In this document: piece after piece, positions 55,261 through 64,000 of the stretch
Layout: each line of letters opens with the position of its first letter
How positions within the stretch are numbered: the first letter of the stretch is position 1
NCBI RefSeq assembly: GCF_009914755.1
Contig: NC_060935.1
DNA: 64,000 nt
DNA from: the human T2T-CHM13v2.0 reference genome, Homo sapiens
Strand: one strand, 5' to 3'
Notes under the pieces: generated by a model
Seen by the model: only the letters and a program-made list of their open reading frames with translations
What the model was told of the DNA's origin: nothing
Databases searched by the model: none
Program-made: the position numbers and the translations under genes

Positions 55261-57147
55261 CCTACAGTGGAGGGAAGGAGAAGAGTAACATTTTGGGCCC
55301 TACCACAGGCCAAGCACTTTGCATCTCCTTACACCCCCCACCTCCCGCTAAGCCCCTCAATACTGGACACTGTTACAGCCCCTGCTCCTCCCCAGTGCTC
55401 ACAGCAATTTTCTAACTAGATTCTAGCTCCACTCTCAGCCTCATTCTGGTCATTGTGTTTCTTGCCTTCTTTGGGGCATGTGACCCTGGCCCATGACCAG
55501 GCTGTTGTCTGCTGGGTGCCTGTCTAGGCCACATGCTGGTGTGGCCCATCTTGGCACCTGTGTCTATGCAAGGTGCATGTTGCTGTCAAGAGTGTGTGTG
55601 TGCACGAGGGCCTCAGGTTTCAGAAGCTTTTCATGTCAAAGAATGGGCACACCGCTCACGCAAATGGTCTGCCCTGTGCTCCCTCTGGGCATGGGATTGG
55701 AGGGCTTCCTTCAGCAGCACATGCCCCATGGTATTCAGGATTCCTGATTCCTCAATTTCCCATGAGGCCGGAGCCAACCTTGCTTTATTGCCTCTCTCCA
55801 TAGTTTGGGGGAGATTGGGGGAGCTAGAACTCCTATGTGTGGGAAGTGGCTTTAACATGTGCCACTCCCGAACCCCCAAAACGTCTGTTTGACACCTCCT
55901 GCTGAGATGTGCTGTCAATTCCCAGCACCCCTCAAACCAGCTTCCTCCCATCTTACCCTCTCTGAACGCTGCCAGACAAATACCTCTTGGCAAGGAGGAA
56001 GACACAGGCCCCTCCCAAGCCCCCTCTAAATCTGGTTCTCAGGAGATGGGAGCCCTAGGGAGATGTCCCACTGCATTGACTTTAGATGAGCAATAACTCA
56101 GTCAGTCTGGAATCTTTGAAGGGCAAGAACTTGTGTGGAGGACAAGCCCAGAAACCCAGGGCTTTCTGGGTCAGACAGGCTGGCTGGACCTAAGCCCTCA
56201 CCCAGGCACGGCCAAGGTAGGTGGAGTCCAGCCCTGCTGACCGCCCCAGGCCCTGCTTCTCTCCTCCCTGTCTGAACGGCTTGGCTCTGCGTGAAGACTG
56301 CTGAATTCCAGTATTAGTCAAGTGGGTGTGCTCAGTGACGGTATTGGAAATAGCTCCCAATAGAGGGAGAGCACTCAAGATAGGATCTAGGATCAAGGCC
56401 ATCAAGGTTATTGGGAGAAGGCAGAATGCAGAAGATTACGGAGTGAGTCCCTGCAGAGGCACTTGTCTAAGTCTCAGGTTATAAGGGCTCCTGGCCTTCT
56501 CTGGGAAACTGCTTTCAGAGCAGGTCAGCACACGTCTGTCCTACGTAAAACACGTGGCCTTGGGAGGGGGACACAGAAGGCCTGCTTCTGAGACCTTGCC
56601 ATCTGGTTAGAAAGTGTCATCCCAACCCTGGGTGCTGTAATAAATGCACACGCATCATAAGGAGAAGAGAGAATTCCAAGAGGGGAGCCGGGAAGGATGT
56701 CTGAAGATGGGATTGAATTCGGCTTTGGAGGAAGGGTGGAAATTAGGCAAATTTGGAAAGAAAGACCTGCTAGACAGAAGGAAAAGGCCAAGCAGAGGTT
56801 TGGAGACAGGAATGTGTTGGGGTGTTGGGGAAAGGCCGGGGGGTGGTCTAGAGCAATAATTTATTAATAGAAGACAAAGTTTGAAAGGTCAGAGGAATAT
56901 ACATTTGGGAAGAACATAAAGGCTGTGTTGGGAGGTTAGACGTCTTCCCACAGGTCCATGGTTTTCAAATGAAAGTAGAACCATTTTCTTCAATGAAAGC
57001 TTATGTGTGAAGCACTGCACAAGTCAAAAGTGGAGAGCTCTAGTTTAAAGTCAAGGAGGGGAGCCTGGAGCCCCAACACCACTCCCCACTCCAGGGGAAC
57101 CCTGTGACACACACACAGTCATGGGTACTCTAAAGAAAGTCCTTGGA

Positions 57148-58760
<1,613 letters not shown>

Positions 58761-59829
58761 TTGGGTAGGGAGGGTGGGAAGAACAGAGCTGGGAGGTGAG
58801 GAGGAACAGGTGCAGGGGACAGCTGTGAGTGAAAGGTGTGAAAACAGGCACATGTCTTCCTTTGTGGTTAGCTGGGTAAACAACCTGAGTGCTGGGGTGA
58901 TGGGGGGGGGGTGATGGGGAGAGGAAGAGGAGGATGGGGAGGAGGGAACTTCCAGAGACATCACGGGCACACCCCCTGCACTTGGAGCAGGCTCTCTCCT
59001 TCTCTCCTGCCAGTCTCCCCGTGTCGCCCTCACTTTCTCCTGCCTCTCTCTGCCTCTGGGCTTTCTGCTTCTGAGTGCTCCTAGCTGCAGGGAGGTTGCC
59101 AGTGATGGGAAGTAGCAGGGAGCCTGCATCTGCTGCCCCTAGAAGGAAGCCCAGGCAGGGTTGTTCAGTGGGAGGTACTGGCTTTGGAAGTAGATAAACG
59201 TCGGTTCACACAAACCTGATCTTTAGCAAGACACATCTGTGAAATAGGAATAATATTACATACCTTGAGCGGGTTGTGCATATTGAACCAGATGGGAGGC
59301 TATTACTGCCATTTCAGTGATAACAGAGACAGTCAGGAACAGGAAGACCCATGAGGAGGGAGCCCACAGGCCAAGTCAGCACCCGCCCGCCCCTAGTCCC
59401 CAGCACAATGCTAAGTTGCAGTGCCCGACTGTTCTGCTCAGAACTGGAACAGATGGGTCCTTGTACCAAGCAGGTCCATTCCCCAAATTGAAGTCCTGTG
59501 ACTCCAGCCGCCAAGGCTGCAGGCTTCCGTACATGAGGACCCAAAAACACAAGCTGACTTATGGGGTCCAGCCCTTCAGCACTTACAAAGCTCAGCCACC
59601 CGCACGCCTCCCTTCATCAGCACCACCACTCTAAGGAATGCGGTCCCTTTGACAGGCGAAAAACTGAAGTTGGAAAAGACAAAGTGATTTGTTCAAAATT
59701 GAAATTTGAAACTTGACATTTGGTCAGTGGGCCCTATGTAGGAAAAAACCTCCAAGAGAGCTAGGGTTCCTCTCAGAGAGGAAAGACAGGTCCTTAGGTC
59801 CTCACCCTCCCGTCTCCTTGCCCTTGCAG

Positions 59830-60897
59830 TTCTGGGAACTGGACAGATTGGACAACTATAACGACACCTCCCTGGTGGAAAATCATCTCTGCCCTGCCAC
59901 AGAGGGGCCCCTCATGGCCTCCTTCAAGGCCGTGTTCGTGCCCGTGGCCTACAGCCTCATCTTCCTCCTGGGCGTGATCGGCAACGTCCTGGTGCTGGTG
60001 ATCCTGGAGCGGCACCGGCAGACACGCAGTTCCACGGAGACCTTCCTGTTCCACCTGGCCGTGGCCGACCTCCTGCTGGTCTTCATCTTGCCCTTTGCCG
60101 TGGCCGAGGGCTCTGTGGGCTGGGTCCTGGGGACCTTCCTCTGCAAAACTGTGATTGCCCTGCACAAAGTCAACTTCTACTGCAGCAGCCTGCTCCTGGC
60201 CTGCATCGCCGTGGACCGCTACCTGGCCATTGTCCACGCCGTCCATGCCTACCGCCACCGCCGCCTCCTCTCCATCCACATCACCTGTGGGACCATCTGG
60301 CTGGTGGGCTTCCTCCTTGCCTTGCCAGAGATTCTCTTCGCCAAAGTCAGCCAAGGCCATCACAACAACTCCCTGCCACGTTGCACCTTCTCCCAAGAGA
60401 ACCAAGCAGAAACGCATGCCTGGTTCACCTCCCGATTCCTCTACCATGTGGCGGGATTCCTGCTGCCCATGCTGGTGATGGGCTGGTGCTACGTGGGGGT
60501 AGTGCACAGGTTGCGCCAGGCCCAGCGGCGCCCTCAGCGGCAGAAGGCAGTCAGGGTGGCCATCCTGGTGACAAGCATCTTCTTCCTCTGCTGGTCACCC
60601 TACCACATCGTCATCTTCCTGGACACCCTGGCGAGGCTGAAGGCCGTGGACAATACCTGCAAGCTGAATGGCTCTCTCCCCGTGGCCATCACCATGTGTG
60701 AGTTCCTGGGCCTGGCCCACTGCTGCCTCAACCCCATGCTCTACACTTTCGCCGGCGTGAAGTTCCGCAGTGACCTGTCGCGGCTCCTGACCAAGCTGGG
60801 CTGTACCGGCCCTGCCTCCCTGTGCCAGCTCTTCCCTAGCTGGCGCAGGAGCAGTCTCTCTGAGTCAGAGAATGCCACCTCTCTCACCACGTTCTAG
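59830..60897 (+). CDS. CXCR5: CXCR5 coding exon 2: C-X-C chemokine receptor type 5 (CXCL13 receptor). Internal ATG at 59914 gives the 327-aa short isoform
   Basis: Acceptor cccttgcag|TTCTGGGAA. 7TM class A GPCR with LAVADLL, DRYLAIV, CWSPY, NPMLY; ends ATSLTTF. 51+1068 nt = 372 aa + stop. Confidence 0.99.
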   Translation, partial: FWELDRLDNYNDTSLVENHLCPATEGPLMASFKAVFVPVAYSLIFLLGVIGNVLVLVILERHRQTRSSTETFLFHLAVADLLLVFILPFAVAEGSVGWVLGTFLCKTVIALHKVNFYCSSLLLACIAVDRYLAIVHAVHAYRHRRLLSIHITCGTIWLVGFLLALPEILFAKVSQGHHNNSLPRCTFSQENQAETHAWFTSRFLYHVAGFLLPMLVMGWCYVGVVHRLRQAQRRPQRQKAVRVAILVTSIFFLCWSPYHIVIFLDTLARLKAVDNTCKLNGSLPVAITMCEFLGLAHCCLNPMLYTFAGVKFRSDLSRLLTKLGCTGPASLCQLFPSWRRSSLSESENATSLTTF

Positions 60898-62500
60898 GTC
60901 CCAGTGTCCCCTTTTATTGCTGCTTTTCCTTGGGGCAGGCAGTGATGCTGGATGCTCCTTCCAACAGGAGCTGGGATCCTAAGGGCTCACCGTGGCTAAG
61001 AGTGTCCTAGGAGTATCCTCATTTGGGGTAGCTAGAGGAACCAACCCCCATTTCTAGAACATCCCTGCCAGCTCTTCTGCCGGCCCTGGGGCTAGGCTGG
61101 AGCCCAGGGAGCGGAAAGCAGCTCGAAGGCACAGTGAAGGCTGTCCTTACCCATCTGCACCCCCCTGGGCTGAGAGAACCTCACGCACCTCCCATCCTAA
61201 TCATCCAATGCTGAAGAAACAACTTCTACTTCTGCCCTTGCCAACGGAGAGCGCCTGCCCCTCCCAGAACACACTCCATCAGCTTAGGGGCTGCTGACCT
61301 CCACAGCTTCCCCTCTCTCCTCCTGCCCACCTGTCAAACAAAGCCAGAAGCTGAGCACCAGGGGATGAGTGGAGGTTAAGGCTGAGGAAAGGCCAGCTGG
61401 CAGCAGAGTGTGGCCTTCGGACAACTCAGTCCCTAAAAACACAGACATTCTGCCAGGCCCCCAAGCCTGCAGTCATCTTGACCAAGCAGGAAGCTCAGAC
61501 TGGTTGAGTTCAGGTAGCTGCCCCTGGCTCTGACCGAAACAGCGCTGGGTCCACCCCATGTCACCGGATCCTGGGTGGTCTGCAGGCAGGGCTGACTCTA
61601 GGTGCCCTTGGAGGCCAGCCAGTGACCTGAGGAAGCGTGAAGGCCGAGAAGCAAGAAAGAAACCCGACAGAGGGAAGAAAAGAGCTTTCTTCCCGAACCC
61701 CAAGGAGGGAGATGGATCAATCAAACCCGGCGGTCCCCTCCGCCAGGCGAGATGGGGTGGGGTGGAGAACTCCTAGGGTGGCTGGGTCCAGGGGATGGGA
61801 GGTTGTGGGCATTGATGGGGAAGGAGGCTGGCTTGTCCCCTCCTCACTCCCTTCCCATAAGCTATAGACCCGAGGAAACTCAAGAGTCGGAACGGAGAAA
61901 GGTGGACTGGAAGGGGCCCGTGGGAGTCATCTCAACCATCCCCTCCGTGGCATCACCTTAGGCAGGGAAGTGTAAGAAACACACTGAGGCAGGGAAGTCC
62001 CCAGGCCCCAGGAAGCCGTGCCCTGCCCCCGTGAGGATGTCACTCAGATGGAACCGCAGGAAGCTGCTCCGTGCTTGTTTGCTCACCTGGGGTGTGGGAG
62101 GCCCGTCCGGCAGTTCTGGGTGCTCCCTACCACCTCCCCAGCCTTTGATCAGGTGGGGAGTCAGGGACCCCTGCCCTTGTCCCACTCAAGCCAAGCAGCC
62201 AAGCTCCTTGGGAGGCCCCACTGGGGAAATAACAGCTGTGGCTCACGTGAGAGTGTCTTCACGGCAGGACAACGAGGAAGCCCTAAGACGTCCCTTTTTT
62301 CTCTGAGTATCTCCTCGCAAGCTGGGTAATCGATGGGGGAGTCTGAAGCAGATGCAAAGAGGCAAGAGGCTGGATTTTGAATTTTCTTTTTAATAAAAAG
62401 GCACCTATAAAACAGGTCAATACAGTACAGGCAGCACAGAGACCCCCGGAACAAGCCTAAAAATTGTTTCAAAATAAAAACCAAGAAGATGTCTTCACAT
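60898..62500 (+). other. CXCR5: CXCR5 3' UTR
   Basis: Follows the stop codon, repeat-free, and ends near AATAAA at 62392-62397 and 62472-62477. A longer UTR form cannot be excluded. Confidence 0.75.
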
Positions 62501-64000
62501 ATTGTATTTATATATTTATATTTATATATATATTTATATAATGGTACAAAATGGCTGGGGGTGTGGCCATGGATGGAGGGAAGAGTAGGCTGGCCTGTGG
62601 CGCGGGTGGGAGGAGAGGGGACGGAGAGGGCACTCGGCCCGCTGCAATCTGACCCCTCTCTCCTCAGGGCAGGAAACACAGAGTCAGACAGTTTGGGGGG
62701 GTCTTGGGCCAGGGGTGGAGGGCTCAAGGGCACAGGGCCCAGGCTGAGGCAGGGCGGGCAAAGCGCCTGGCAGGATGAAGGGCAAGTGGCCCCCCAAACA
62801 CAGAGGCCCTGGCCATGGACCCTGGGAGGTGACCGGGGTGAGTCAGGGGCCTGTTGTCAGCCCCAGAGGAAGCGCTGGACCTGGCCGATGGTGGGCCGAG
62901 AGGACAGCACCAGGCTGGGAGAAGTGGGGCGAGTTCCCTTTGTATTACAGCTGCCAGTGCAAGACCAGGCCCTCCAGGCCAGGAAGGCTAGGGACGGGTC
63001 CTGGTAGAAGACACCCTGTCTAGAATGGCCCTTGGTCCTGGAGGTGGGGCGCAAAAGGCCTCAGCCAGGGAACTGCCCTGCCACCTCCCGAGGCAGGAAA
63101 GGAAGTGAGAAAAGGAGAAGTTTTTTTACTCCTGGGGCCAAAGTAGGGGGACAAACACCCAGTCGTATATGGCTTCAGCTCTGACCAAAGGCGGATAGGG
63201 AGCTCTCCTGGGTAGGAGCAGGGAGCCAAGGGGGAGGCAGTGGCTGTGCCTGGGTGGGCACAGACAGATCTGGTACATGGCCCTGAGCCCTGGGCAGAGG
63301 GACAACCTTGCCGGTGAGTGGGCAGGCAGAGAGGAGGCGGCAGGATGCTGTTTCCCCGATTCCATCCTCAGGGAGTGGAGACTGGAGGGGAGGTGCACTG
63401 ACTCAGATGAACTGTTCTCCCCCTTCTTTGATAAGAAGTAGGTGGCAGCAGCCTCTGGAAAAGTCAGGGCCCTGGAGGTTACCTGGCCCAGGGCTACTAC
63501 AGCCACAGGCCCCAGTGGCACCATGCCACCCCTTCCATGGCTCCACTCAAGGGGGCCACACAGCCACCGCCTCTTCCTCCTTTCCTTCATCCCAAACTGG
63601 GACAAAAGACTTCAAGTTCTGGCTAAGATGTAGCAGCAGCGGATGCCCGGGCATCCAAAGTGGAAAGCCAGGGCCCCGTGTCACCGGTGTGGGCAAACAC
63701 ACATGCACGTGCACACATGTTCTCCCTGAATCACTCAGCAGCAGACAGGCTGCCGCCCTGGGGGTCTCAGCCCTGCTAGGGCTCACCAGGTGGAAGCCTA
63801 GGTGGTCTGACCTCAGTTTAGGAGTGGGTCATTTACGTCATCTTACCATTTGGGGACGAGACAGGAATGGTATCCCTTAGGGACCCAGAGACACTGCAAA
63901 CAGTGGGTGGCCATGTAGGGCTGCATGTCCCTGGGTCCAGGGGAATGGAGGGAGCAATAACTTGAAGAAGGGGGGAAGGGTTTCTTTTATCCTTTTTTTT
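62375..64000 (-). other. BCL9L: 3' UTR of the convergent neighbour gene, probably BCL9L
   Basis: Identity rests on known gene order, not on coding sequence in the window. Supported by a minus-strand PAS with upstream TGTA motifs and an AT-rich terminal segment. Confidence 0.65.
62389..62477. terminator. Poly(A) signals on both strands
   Basis: + strand AATAAA at 62392-62397 and 62472-62477; - strand ATTAAA at 62394-62389. Confidence 0.7.

Noticed and set aside
59713-59829. N-terminal extension of the 394-aa ORF
   Set aside because: It starts at a non-ATG codon in the intron and crosses the polypyrimidine tract and acceptor. The real N-terminus comes from exon 1.
59830-59838. GAS motif TTCTGGGAA at the start of exon 2
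   Set aside because: Explained by the Phe-Trp-Glu codons; no independent support.
59794-60701. Antisense and alternate-frame ORFs over CXCR5 exon 2 (237, 107 and 106 aa)
   Set aside because: Shadow ORFs expected from GC-rich codon usage; no recognisable protein.
62161-63880. 170-190 aa ORFs at the right end
   Set aside because: GC-rich 3' UTR sequence with no similarity to BCL9L protein or any known domain that I can recognise.

Overview
Human genomic DNA. The translated ORF identifies it as the CXCR5 (BLR1) locus; its location at 11q23.3 between DDX6 and BCL9L is recalled, not searched. Positions 1-~800 hold a minus-strand processed SET (TAF-I alpha isoform) pseudogene that runs off the left edge. 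Positions ~1-49.5 kb are a very Alu-dense intergenic region. It contains ERVL, MER41B, MER30, MaLR, L2, L3 and MIR relics, a Y3 RNA retrocopy, a retroposed tRNA-Glu 5' fragment, a 13-unit minisatellite and several unique islands rich in lymphocyte TF motifs. CXCR5 is on the + strand: CDS 50175-50225 joined to 59830-60897 (372 aa), with a kB/octamer promoter. Its 3' end converges on what is probably the 3' UTR of BCL9L (- strand). Nearly all other ORFs in the track are Alu or repeat artefacts. I find no unambiguous new multi-gene system. The best leads are: a MER41B LTR with intact tandem GAS sites; a possible in-frame alternative first exon for CXCR5; a higher-order VNTR next to GAS/EBF sites; an overlapping bidirectional poly(A) signal; and several unusual retroposition products (Alu-Y3 chimera, tailed tRNA fragment, tailless and three-arm Alus, an Alu-split palindrome). 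Repeat subfamily names come from remembered consensus sequences and need RepeatMasker/Dfam confirmation.
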